Position numbers and translations under genes: made by a program. From sequence record SRR31156797_8157: a stretch of DNA of 46,961 nt; one strand, written 5' to 3'. Position 1 is the first letter of the stretch. Each line of letters starts with the position of its first letter. Positions 36,534 through 45,679 of this stretch are shown piece after piece. Below the pieces are notes generated by a model. It searched no databases. It saw nothing but the letters and a program-made list of their open reading frames with translations, and was not told the DNA's origin.

Positions 36534-37577
36534 TTAAACCAGTGTTTCTAACATAGCTGCGTCATAGTCGACCAAATCCTGATTATGTAGAACTCGAGAC
36601 ACATAATCAGGGTTCGCGATAAATGGTCGGCCAATGGCCACTAGATCAAACTTATCAGACTGGATTGCCTCTGCGCCTGTCTGCGCCGTATAACCACCGA
36701 CGCCCATAAGCGTTTTGGAGTAAGTGTTACGTAGATACTGAGAGACACGCCCACCCAAGAAATCAAACTCCATGCTGTCGTCAAACATACCTTCGTGAAG
36801 ATAGGCCAAATCACGTTGTTCCACTTGCTTCAAAAAGTGGTCAAAGACTGCACGGTCACGAGCATCCGCTTCCATGTGTGCATACCCAGCAGGTGACACT
36901 CTGAGAGCAGTCAATTCTGAACCAATACGTGCAATTACAGCATCAATAACCGCAAGTGGGAATCGAGACATGTTTTCAGGTGTTTCCCCATACTCATCTT
37001 GACGACGGTTAGTGTCATAGTGGAGGAATTGGTCTATGAGGTAACCGTTCGCACCGTGAATCTCTACGCCATCAAAACCTGCATCAATGGCATTTTTAGC
37101 CGCTTGGGCATAGTCTTCAACTAACTGATCGATTTCATCTTGGGTGGCTTGTTTTGGTACGGTATAAGTTAACTCACGCATACGTGGTACTGAGCCTTCA
37201 AAAGCAACCGCGGAAGGAGCGAGTACATATTCGCCATTAAAGAAGTGCGGGTGAGCGACACGACCCGTATGCCAAAGTTGCGCGAATATTTTGCCACCTT
37301 CTGCGTGCACTGCATCTGTTACTTTCTTCCATCCAGCAAGTTGAGCTTCGCTGTAGATACCCGGAGTATTTGGGTAACCCTGACCATCTGGTCTGATAAT
37401 GGTCGCTTCGGAAATAATTAAGCCTGCATCCGCGCGTCTGGCGTAGTACTCAACCATGGCATCGGTTGGAACAAGGTCATTGTCCGCCATACACCGAGTC
37501 AGTGGTGCCATAGCAATTTTGTTTTTCAGAGTAATTTTTTCGTTGAGCTTATAAGTGTCGAATAAGGCTGTAGTCAT
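36534..37577 (-). CDS. Old Yellow Enzyme alkene reductase (NemA-like)
   Basis: MAPLTR, GLIISEAT, QLWHTGR, GFDGVEIHGANGYLIDQFL, GRPFIANPD. Confidence 0.95.
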   Translation of the reverse strand: MTTALFDTYKLNEKITLKNKIAMAPLTRCMADNDLVPTDAMVEYYARRADAGLIISEATIIRPDGQGYPNTPGIYSEAQLAGWKKVTDAVHAEGGKIFAQLWHTGRVAHPHFFNGEYVLAPSAVAFEGSVPRMRELTYTVPKQATQDEIDQLVEDYAQAAKNAIDAGFDGVEIHGANGYLIDQFLHYDTNRRQDEYGETPENMSRFPLAVIDAVIARIGSELTALRVSPAGYAHMEADARDRAVFDHFLKQVEQRDLAYLHEGMFDDSMEFDFLGGRVSQYLRNTYSKTLMGVGGYTAQTGAEAIQSDKFDLVAIGRPFIANPDYVSRVLHNQDLVDYDAAMLETLV

Positions 37578-37622
37578 TATCGAGTTCCTAAATGAAAACT
37601 GTAATCACATGCTAACTCTTTA

Positions 37623-37662
37623 TTGAACAATCATTCAAGATATATTTTGAATGATTGTTCAA
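37623..37662. promoter_or_regulatory. Double palindromic operator between the OYE gene and divergent TetR gene
   Basis: TTGAACAATCATTCAA (37623-37638) and its exact reverse complement TTGAATGATTGTTCAA (37647-37662). Confidence 0.75.
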
Positions 37663-37729
37663 AATACTTGTGAATACCTGCTCGGCTCATTAAACTAAAC
37701 AAGTGCGGACAAGCAGTAGAGCAAGGCGA

Positions 37730-38308
37730 ATGAGAACAGCAGAGTTTGATAGAGAGTACGTTTTAAGTTCAGCAATGAATGAGTTCATTGCCAAGGGCTA
37801 CAACAAAACCAGTATGCAAGATCTGAAACGTGCAACCGGTTTGCACCCAGGTTCTATTTATTGTGCGTTTGAGAACAAGCGTGGGCTGTTGGTGGCGGCT
37901 TTAAATCATTACGGTGTAACAAAGTCTCAATTATTTGAACAGTTCTTTGCTGGCTCAGAGAAAATCTTGGATGGTTTGGAAGCGTATTTGCACGACATCA
38001 TCGAGTTCAACCAGTGCCCGGAAAATAAGGCGTGCCTGCTGCAAAAATCACTGAGTGAACTGGAGCAGCAAGATGAAGAAGTTGAACAACTGATCAGAGA
38101 CATGCTGGAACAATGGAAGGTGGGTATTACCGCTAAGCTTGAACTGGCGAAACAGAATGGAGAGATCAGTCACAACATTGATTGCCGTTTACTTAGTGAT
38201 TTTGTTGTTATGAACATCTATGGACTTCGATCATTCGCAACGACAAAACCCAGCAAAGAGAGTTTAGAGCAATTGGTGGGCATGATCATGAAGGTGATTC
38301 GAGGGTAG
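37730..38308 (+). CDS. TetR-family repressor (NemR/ComR-like)
   Basis: EFDRE.VL..AM..F..KGY..TSMQDL..ATGL.PGSIY.AF.NK, ACLL; ATG 37730. Confidence 0.92.
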   Translation: MRTAEFDREYVLSSAMNEFIAKGYNKTSMQDLKRATGLHPGSIYCAFENKRGLLVAALNHYGVTKSQLFEQFFAGSEKILDGLEAYLHDIIEFNQCPENKACLLQKSLSELEQQDEEVEQLIRDMLEQWKVGITAKLELAKQNGEISHNIDCRLLSDFVVMNIYGLRSFATTKPSKESLEQLVGMIMKVIRG

Positions 38309-38476
38309 TGTTCACAATGCGTCAGGTTAGTCTCTCATCGCAATAAAATAGTGTGATTATTGACGTTTGGCAGTTTAAGTTCAAAGTTCCGTTCAAGCAT
38401 TTCTGACATAATGGGTCAAGTTAAGTGGTATAGCATTGTCACATCTTAATTTGGCGTTATATCTCAGGAGAAAGCT

Positions 38477-39166
38477 ATGAAATCAATATTGATTGGTGTC
38501 TGTGTTTATATTGGGATCGTTGCGGTTTACTTACACTTTGCAGATAGTGACTCTCAGTGGTTACAAAAAGCTCGGTTCCTCGGCGATAGAGATAGCCGAT
38601 CAGTCGTGGTTTATCTGCATGGTATGGACCCATTAGATATGTCAGAGCAAGAACTGGATAATCGACAAAAATTACATGACATAGGGAAATCGTTATCCGT
38701 TAAGTTTTACATGCCAAGGTCTGTGAATCGATGCAAGAATAATGACGCCCAGCTCTGTTGGCCTCAGGAAAACATCAAGGATTTAGAAGATACATTCGCG
38801 AATGTAACAAGCATTTTTAATCAGAAAAAAACGGATGAAATTAAAGGAATCGTTGGATTTTCTGATGGCGGTTATTTCACCGGTAAGGTCATTCAAAACT
38901 GTTTAATTTCTGACGATTTTTGGCTGGTGTCCATTAGTAGTGCGGGCTCATGGCGGGAAACGACCAAAGATCTATCAATATGCGGTGAGGTAACATCATT
39001 GATAGGTGTAAATGACCAACAGCACTACAGCGATATGATTGATTTTCATAGCAGCTTATTATCCGCCGGTGCCAAATCAAAACTCGTTGAGTTTGAGGGC
39101 GGGCATGAAATACCCCAAAGTGAATTGAAAGCAGAGCTTGATTCACTGCTGGTTGCTAAAAGATAG
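38477..39166 (+). CDS. Membrane-anchored/exported alpha/beta-hydrolase (carboxylesterase-like)
   Basis: N-terminal TM, YLHG, GFSDGG, G.ND, GGHEI; SD AGGAG. Confidence 0.78.
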   Translation: MKSILIGVCVYIGIVAVYLHFADSDSQWLQKARFLGDRDSRSVVVYLHGMDPLDMSEQELDNRQKLHDIGKSLSVKFYMPRSVNRCKNNDAQLCWPQENIKDLEDTFANVTSIFNQKKTDEIKGIVGFSDGGYFTGKVIQNCLISDDFWLVSISSAGSWRETTKDLSICGEVTSLIGVNDQQHYSDMIDFHSSLLSAGAKSKLVEFEGGHEIPQSELKAELDSLLVAKR

Positions 39167-39320
39167 CGCTAAGTCATCAATGATGATCGGGTAATAGATT
39201 TCATGAAATACGTGGGATTATGTAAATCGAGAAAACTTACTTTATTCGCTTAACATTTATGTAAATCGGTAGTAACTTGCACGGAACACTCGCTAGGTAT
39301 CGGTAAATGAGTTGCTAAGT

Positions 39321-42300
39321 ATGTTTGAACAGTTTTTTGTCGTTGATGTTGATCCTAATAAACTCATTATTGGTAGCTATGATATTTGGTTAGTTATCTT
39401 ATCGATTTTCCTTGCATCCATGGCATCCTTTTTTGCGCTTCGTTTAGCGGCAACCGCGCGTTACATTGAAACGGAAAGGCACCGCCACATTGCGTTAGTT
39501 GTAGGCTCTATTGTCATGGCTGGCGGTGTTTGGAGTATGCATTTTGTGGGGATGCTGGCTTTTGCTATGCCACATAAGATGGATTACAACCTCATCATAA
39601 CCGCGCTCTCTTTTCTACCGGCCGTGCTGGCCAGTTATATTGTTTTAAAGTCCCTGATCAACGAAACAGACACGCTTAAAGTCACCTTGAAAAATGGGGT
39701 GATAGTTGGGGCAGGGATTGGTGCCATGCATTACATCGGCATGGAAGCAATGCAGATGGAACTGCAGTTGCGATATGATCCCGTTTGGTTTGTGCTATCC
39801 ATTATAGTTTCCGTGGTATTGGCAACCGTAGCGTTAAGCATTCGCGGTCAGCTAGCCAAACATTTTTCTTCTCTTCGCTCTTTGCACGTTAAGCTTATCA
39901 GCGCATTGATCATGGGATGCGCAATATCGGGTATGCACTATACAGGCATGAAAGCGGCTCGATTTATCGAGCTTGTTGAATGCTCAACACCCCTCACGAC
40001 TGAACAGGATCATCAAGCTCTTGCTGTTATTGTCTCTATCTTCACTTTGCTTATCTCCACACTTGCGGTTAATGTCAGCGCCCAGTTGCGTTATAGACAG
40101 CTTCTCAGAGAAAAGACGGCAGGAGAAGCGAGGCTTCAGGCGATACTCGATACCGCCGCAGACGGTGTAATTACTATCGATTCAAAAGGGATAGTTCAAG
40201 GAATCAATAGCTCAGCCTGTCAGATATTTGGTTGGCAAGAAAACGAGATTATTGGTCGTAATGTCTCCATGTTGATGCCAACCGATGAAGAATCCCAGCA
40301 TGACGGTTATCTCCAAAATTATATGGATACCGGCAAAACGAAAGTTATCGGTGCTCCACGTGAACTCTATGCTCGTCATCGTAACGGTAAATTGATTCCC
40401 GTTCGTTTGGGGGTTGGTAAAGTCAGCTTAGAAGGTGGTGATACTCTATTTGTCGGCTTTATTTCGGATATCTCTGAGCGTAAGGAGATGGAAGAAAAGT
40501 TACGAGAAAGCGAACAACGTTTAAGCTCCTTAATGCAAAATATTCCGGGTGCTTCTTTCCGCCGTTTACTTGATCACAGTTGGACTCCGGTATTCTTAAG
40601 TGAAGGCATTATTGAACTTACCGGTTACAGCGTTGAGCAATTTCTCAATGGCGACGTGTCATTTGTAAACTGTGTCAGAGAAGGTCATGATCGTGAGCTA
40701 TGGGGTAATATTTGCAAGAGCTTGGGGGCAAGGGATACTTACGAGATTGAGTACCGGTTAAAACATCACGATGGACACGATGTTTGGGTATTGGAAAACG
40801 GGCTGATTGTTCGTGACTCTGAAAAGAAACCATTGTGGGCTGATGGTGTTATGGTCGATATTTCTGGTCGTAAAGCCATCGAGCGAGAACTCGTTGTTGC
40901 AAAACAAAAAGCGGAACATGCAGCAGAAAGTAAGGCTTCCTTCTTGGCGAACATGAGCCATGAAATTCGTACGCCGATGAACGCCATTATCGGTTTTACC
41001 GACCTGCTACTTGATTCTGATATTCGAGGTGATAGCCGAAAATATCTCCAAACCATTTCTCAATCTTCACGTTCATTGCTGCATCTTCTCAATGATATCT
41101 TGGACAGTGCCAAATTAGAGAAGAACAAGTTAGAACTGGAAGTGGTACCGTTTAAACTGTCGGCGTGTGTTGATACCGTTATTTCAACGTTGTGGCTCAG
41201 CGCGAAAAATAAAGGCATCGAGCTAACGCTAACGATGTCTAAATCATTACCTAAAGTGGTTGAAGGCTCTGAAGATCGTATCAGACAAGTTTTAATGAAC
41301 TTGGTGGGAAATGGCATCAAATTTACTGAGAAAGGGCATGTATCTCTAACGGTTTCGTCAGTAGAAAATAAACCTGATTGGATTCGATTCAAGGTTGAAG
41401 ATAACGGTATTGGTATCGACCCGACTCGCTTGAAATCCATTTTCGAACCGTTCACTCAAGCAGACGCTTCAATGAGTCGACGTTTCGGCGGAACAGGATT
41501 AGGAACCACCATTTCTCAACAGTTGGTCGAGCTGATGGGGGGGCAAATTACCGCTTCAAGTGAATTGGGTAAAGGCAGTTGTTTCACCGTAGAGTTGCCG
41601 TTAAAACCGAGTGAATTGACAGCACCGATGATCTCTTCTCAGGTCGTCACTTTGCCAAAGCTTAAAGTACTGGTTTGCGATGACATCGAACAAAACATTA
41701 ACTTGTTGCGCATATTGTTGGAGCGACATCATCACACAGTCTTCACCGCACAGGATGGTTTGGAGGCGGTTGCTCAGTTTAAAGACGTACAACCAGACAT
41801 TGTGTTAATGGATATTCAAATGCCTAACTTAGATGGTTTAGGGGCAAGTATGCAAATAAGACAGTGGGAACAACAACAAGGACTGATGAAAACCCCGATT
41901 GTGGCCTTGACGGCGAGTGTCTTAGTTGAAGACCGTATACAGGCAAGCGAAGCGGGGATGGACGGTTTTGCTAATAAGCCAGTCGACTTTGCACAACTCA
42001 CTCAAGAAATGGCATCAGTACTGAATATTACTATCGACGACTCTGAGCCAGCGTCCAATCAGTCTCGCGATCTTAGTCAAACCAGTTTGACGATTGTGAA
42101 CTTAGATAAAGCAATCAAATTATGGGGTGATAAAACGCTTTATGTAAATGAACTATCTAAGTTTATTACACAAAATCAGAGTGTTATTACCGTATTTAAA
42201 CAGTTGTTAAGTAGTCAGCAATGGTCAGTGTTAGGCGAACGTGCTCATGCATTGAAAGGGCTGGCTGGAAACTTTGCTCTACTAACACTGTTCCAAGACT

Positions 42301-42665
42301 TTAGTGATTTAGAAAAAGCGGTTGATGGGCATCTGCCAGCGCAAGCGCAAAGTGCTTTGGAAGCGGCAGAGCGACATTGGTCAATGTTAGAAAAAGATCT
42401 TAGTCAGCTACTCAGTGAAGCTAACCAGTCCGAATCAGTACAAAGCAGTCAACATTTGGCTGTCGACGAAGTGATTGATATGCTTCAAGAGTGGCTAGAT
42501 GCGACCTTATCTGGTGAGTTAAAAGATGACTTGGCTGCTCAACTTAAACAAAGTGCGCCCGATCTGGCGAAAAAGCCGATTGCTGATGCTATTAACGCAG
42601 TAGAAGAGTTTGATTTTGATGCCGCCTCTGATTTCATCAGGCAAGCAATGGCGTCACTTAAATAG
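39321..42665 (+). CDS. Hybrid sensor histidine kinase: MHYT - PAS - PAS - HisKA - HATPase - REC - Hpt
   Basis: MHFVGM/MHYIGM/MHYTGM repeats, FLANMSHEIRTPMN, DNGIGI, GGTGLG, LMDIQMP, AHALKG. Confidence 0.94.
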   Translation: MFEQFFVVDVDPNKLIIGSYDIWLVILSIFLASMASFFALRLAATARYIETERHRHIALVVGSIVMAGGVWSMHFVGMLAFAMPHKMDYNLIITALSFLPAVLASYIVLKSLINETDTLKVTLKNGVIVGAGIGAMHYIGMEAMQMELQLRYDPVWFVLSIIVSVVLATVALSIRGQLAKHFSSLRSLHVKLISALIMGCAISGMHYTGMKAARFIELVECSTPLTTEQDHQALAVIVSIFTLLISTLAVNVSAQLRYRQLLREKTAGEARLQAILDTAADGVITIDSKGIVQGINSSACQIFGWQENEIIGRNVSMLMPTDEESQHDGYLQNYMDTGKTKVIGAPRELYARHRNGKLIPVRLGVGKVSLEGGDTLFVGFISDISERKEMEEKLRESEQRLSSLMQNIPGASFRRLLDHSWTPVFLSEGIIELTGYSVEQFLNGDVSFVNCVREGHDRELWGNICKSLGARDTYEIEYRLKHHDGHDVWVLENGLIVRDSEKKPLWADGVMVDISGRKAIERELVVAKQKAEHAAESKASFLANMSHEIRTPMNAIIGFTDLLLDSDIRGDSRKYLQTISQSSRSLLHLLNDILDSAKLEKNKLELEVVPFKLSACVDTVISTLWLSAKNKGIELTLTMSKSLPKVVEGSEDRIRQVLMNLVGNGIKFTEKGHVSLTVSSVENKPDWIRFKVEDNGIGIDPTRLKSIFEPFTQADASMSRRFGGTGLGTTISQQLVELMGGQITASSELGKGSCFTVELPLKPSELTAPMISSQVVTLPKLKVLVCDDIEQNINLLRILLERHHHTVFTAQDGLEAVAQFKDVQPDIVLMDIQMPNLDGLGASMQIRQWEQQQGLMKTPIVALTASVLVEDRIQASEAGMDGFANKPVDFAQLTQEMASVLNITIDDSEPASNQSRDLSQTSLTIVNLDKAIKLWGDKTLYVNELSKFITQNQSVITVFKQLLSSQQWSVLGERAHALKGLAGNFALLTLFQDFSDLEKAVDGHLPAQAQSALEAAERHWSMLEKDLSQLLSEANQSESVQSSQHLAVDEVIDMLQEWLDATLSGELKDDLAAQLKQSAPDLAKKPIADAINAVEEFDFDAASDFIRQAMASLK

Positions 42666-42677
42666 AAGGTTAACAGT

Positions 42678-43703
42678 ATGAGTTTAATTACAAAACAATT
42701 GCCAAGAGTTTTGGTGGTCGATGATGAACCTGCAAACCTGAAAGTGATGCGTCAGATTCTTCAAGAGCAGTATCGATTAACCTTTGCGCGTTCGGGGCAC
42801 GAAGCGCTCGCGAGATTGGAACAGGAATCGGTAGATTTAATTCTACTGGATATCATGATGCCAGAGATGACTGGATTTGAAGTGTGTCAACGATTAAAAG
42901 CACAGCCTGATACAGCGTCTATTCCTGTCATTTTTGTCACTGCATTGCGAGACTCTATCGATGAAGAGAAGGGATTTGCTTTAGGTGGCGTTGATTACAT
43001 AGTCAAACCTGTTGTTCCATCCATTGTGAGAGCCCGGGTAAAAACACACTTGTCTTTAGTGAAAATTGAAACGTTACGTGAAACCCAGATAGATCTCATT
43101 CAACGCTTGGGCAGAGCCGCAGAATACAAAGACAATGAAACAGGAATGCATGTCCAACGAATGAGCCATTACGCTAAGACGTTGGCTGTTGCAGCGGGTA
43201 TGGATGAAGAATCAGCAGAAGAACTGCGTATGGCCGCAACGATGCATGATATTGGTAAAATCGGCATACCCGACAGTATACTGCTCAAGCCGGGTAAGCT
43301 GGATGATCAAGAGTTTTACCAGATGAAGAAGCATGCGGAAATCGGCGGGAATCTACTGGCTAACTCTCGCTCTCCACTCATTGTTTTAGCGCATACTATT
43401 GCGATAACACACCATGAAAAATGGGATGGTTCTGGCTATCCTAATGGATTATCAGGTGATGAAATTGCCCTTGAAGGCCGCGTAGCCGCGATAGCTGATG
43501 TGTTTGATGCATTGACCAGTGAACGACCATACAAAAAAGCTTGGGCGATTGAAGACGCGATAGCATTCCTACAAGAGCAAGCAGGGAAACATTTTGATCC
43601 CGAATTAGTTGCGATTTTTATTGCCCAATTGCCTGAGATATTAAAAATCAAACAGCGATTTAATGAATCAGTTCAAGCCACTGATGGTTCAGTGGCTTAT
43701 TAG
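42678..43703 (+). CDS. REC - HD-GYP response regulator (RpfG-like c-di-GMP phosphodiesterase)
   Basis: VVDDEPAN, LLDIMMP, KP; ETGMHV.R, MHDIGKIG, HHEKWDGSGYP, ADVFDALTS.RPYK; 12 nt after the kinase. Confidence 0.94.
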   Translation: MSLITKQLPRVLVVDDEPANLKVMRQILQEQYRLTFARSGHEALARLEQESVDLILLDIMMPEMTGFEVCQRLKAQPDTASIPVIFVTALRDSIDEEKGFALGGVDYIVKPVVPSIVRARVKTHLSLVKIETLRETQIDLIQRLGRAAEYKDNETGMHVQRMSHYAKTLAVAAGMDEESAEELRMAATMHDIGKIGIPDSILLKPGKLDDQEFYQMKKHAEIGGNLLANSRSPLIVLAHTIAITHHEKWDGSGYPNGLSGDEIALEGRVAAIADVFDALTSERPYKKAWAIEDAIAFLQEQAGKHFDPELVAIFIAQLPEILKIKQRFNESVQATDGSVAY

Positions 43704-43707
43704 CAGT

Positions 43708-44772
43708 CTAATTATTGAGATCGTCTATGTACGGTTTCAATAATTGAAGGTCATTGTCTGAAAGCCGATCGGAAGCTGTCGTCGCTTGATGCCAATATGG
43801 ATAAAGTAGTGGAGGACGACTGACTTTTTCGAGCATAGTGAGCTCTTCTTCACTGAGCTTTAAGTTCGCGGCCAGCAAATTATCCTTCAGTTGTTCGTCC
43901 GTTCTGGCTCCGATCACGACTGAACTTACAGTTTTGCGGCTCAGCAACCACGCTAAAGCGACTTGTGCTGCTGAGACCTGATGCTGCTCAGCAATAGCAA
44001 CAAGTACTTCTATGATATCGTACAGCTTTTCTACATCGTAGACGGGTGGCTCTGTCCAGCCTAACGGGTGACGAGAGTCTGTTGGATCTTGCTGATTACG
44101 GCGATATTTACCAGACAACAAACCACCAGCTAAAGGACTCCAAACCAGTACACCGACATTTTGATCTTGTGCTATTGGCAGTAATTCATATTCCGCTTCA
44201 CGAGCTTGTAATGTGTAATGTATCTGTTGGCTGATAGGGCGTAAGTAATGATTCTGAGCTGCACTTCCGAGCGCTTTCATTAGCTGCCAGCCCGTATAAT
44301 TTGAAACACCGTAATAGCGCACCTTACCGCTGCGAACCAGTGTATCCATGGCTTCCAATGTTTCTTCAACCGGTGTAAAACCATCCCACTCATGAATTTG
44401 GTATAGATCGATGTAATCAGTACCCAGACGTTTAAGTGAAGCTTCACATGCATTAATTATGTGGTAGCGTGATGCTCCTGCCTGGTTAACGCCTGAACCC
44501 ATAGGAAAACGAGCTTTAGTTGCAATGAGTGTTTGGTCACGATGGGGTTTAATCGCTTTACCCAAAATTTCTTCTGATAAGCCGTCAGAGTATACATCTG
44601 CGGTGTCGTACAAATTCACTCCAGCATCTAAGCAGAGGTCAATCTGACTCTTGGCGGCTTCAAGTCCTGTATTACCGACTGATGAAAACTTACCTTGCCC
44701 ACCGAATGTCATGGTACCAAGTGTTAATGAAGAAACTCGAAGGCCAGAGTGACCGAGTTGACGATATTCCAT
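43708..44772 (-). CDS. Aldo/keto reductase
   Basis: LGTMTFG, DTADVY..G.SEEILG, IATK, SLKRLGTDYIDLYQIH, WSPLAGGLLSGKY. Confidence 0.94.
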   Translation of the reverse strand: MEYRQLGHSGLRVSSLTLGTMTFGGQGKFSSVGNTGLEAAKSQIDLCLDAGVNLYDTADVYSDGLSEEILGKAIKPHRDQTLIATKARFPMGSGVNQAGASRYHIINACEASLKRLGTDYIDLYQIHEWDGFTPVEETLEAMDTLVRSGKVRYYGVSNYTGWQLMKALGSAAQNHYLRPISQQIHYTLQAREAEYELLPIAQDQNVGVLVWSPLAGGLLSGKYRRNQQDPTDSRHPLGWTEPPVYDVEKLYDIIEVLVAIAEQHQVSAAQVALAWLLSRKTVSSVVIGARTDEQLKDNLLAANLKLSEEELTMLEKVSRPPLLYPYWHQATTASDRLSDNDLQLLKPYIDDLNN

Positions 44773-44936
44773 CGGCTGAATCCTTAACTGTTGTGAGAAT
44801 GTAAAGTGCTCAGAAAAGAGCTGGAAATTTTGACTCTACCAAACGGGTATCAGATGCAACTGTGATTTTCGACACACTAAAATGAAGATGACGTAATCGT
44901 GCATGAATTCAGAGAATAGTTACCATTTGAGATGAC

Positions 44937-45593
44937 CTACTTGATTCTCGACATGCGGAATCCACGGTAGTTGAACTCTTCTAACTGAAGTGTGGTGCCG
45001 TTGTTTACAAATAGAAATTCCATTTCTCGGCCTTTGTTATCGACTGTAATTCTGTGCACAGTATCGTTATCGATTATTTTGGTCGTATACGTGTCGACAG
45101 CCACATCCTTAACTTTTTCTTTGAGCACGTAATGATAACGGGGTTTGAGTTTACCCAGGGTTAAGTCCAGGGTGACTTGGCCGAGAAGGGGGATAAATGG
45201 ATAGGCACTGATATCAAGCTCCGATACTTTGCTTTTACTCTCTTGATCGGTGATTTCCAAAGAATCAAAGTTGTACGTATAAGCTTCTCGGTCAGACCCA
45301 ATTCGTTCGGAATAGTTAGATCTCAATGGGGTTATGTGTCCATCTTTTTGCGTATATGACCCTAGTTCGATCACATTGGCTTTGATAAACAAAAATGATC
45401 CAAAAGCACGCGATGTGTAACTACAGGTGCTATGGTTACAAGAAGATGACATCACGACCTTACCCAAATTAACAGGGCCTATGTCAACAGAAAACTCACC
45501 ATTAACACCTTCTGTTGCCTTGCTATCAATAGGTATAGCGACAGATGTGAATAACAATAAAAAGATCGAGGAACGTTTCAACATAAACACCAT
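44937..45593 (-). CDS. Hypothetical exported beta-rich protein (possibly DUF3108-like)
   Basis: 218-aa ORF with signal-peptide-like N-terminus and a CxxxxC pair; family call is tentative. Confidence 0.65.
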   Translation of the reverse strand: MVFMLKRSSIFLLLFTSVAIPIDSKATEGVNGEFSVDIGPVNLGKVVMSSSCNHSTCSYTSRAFGSFLFIKANVIELGSYTQKDGHITPLRSNYSERIGSDREAYTYNFDSLEITDQESKSKVSELDISAYPFIPLLGQVTLDLTLGKLKPRYHYVLKEKVKDVAVDTYTTKIIDNDTVHRITVDNKGREMEFLFVNNGTTLQLEEFNYRGFRMSRIK

Positions 45594-45679
45594 TTTTCAG
45601 ACGTTGGTACGGCTAACACCATAAAGTTAAATCTATACGAATTAATGAATTTGTCCTAACTGAAAGATGAAAAATATAA

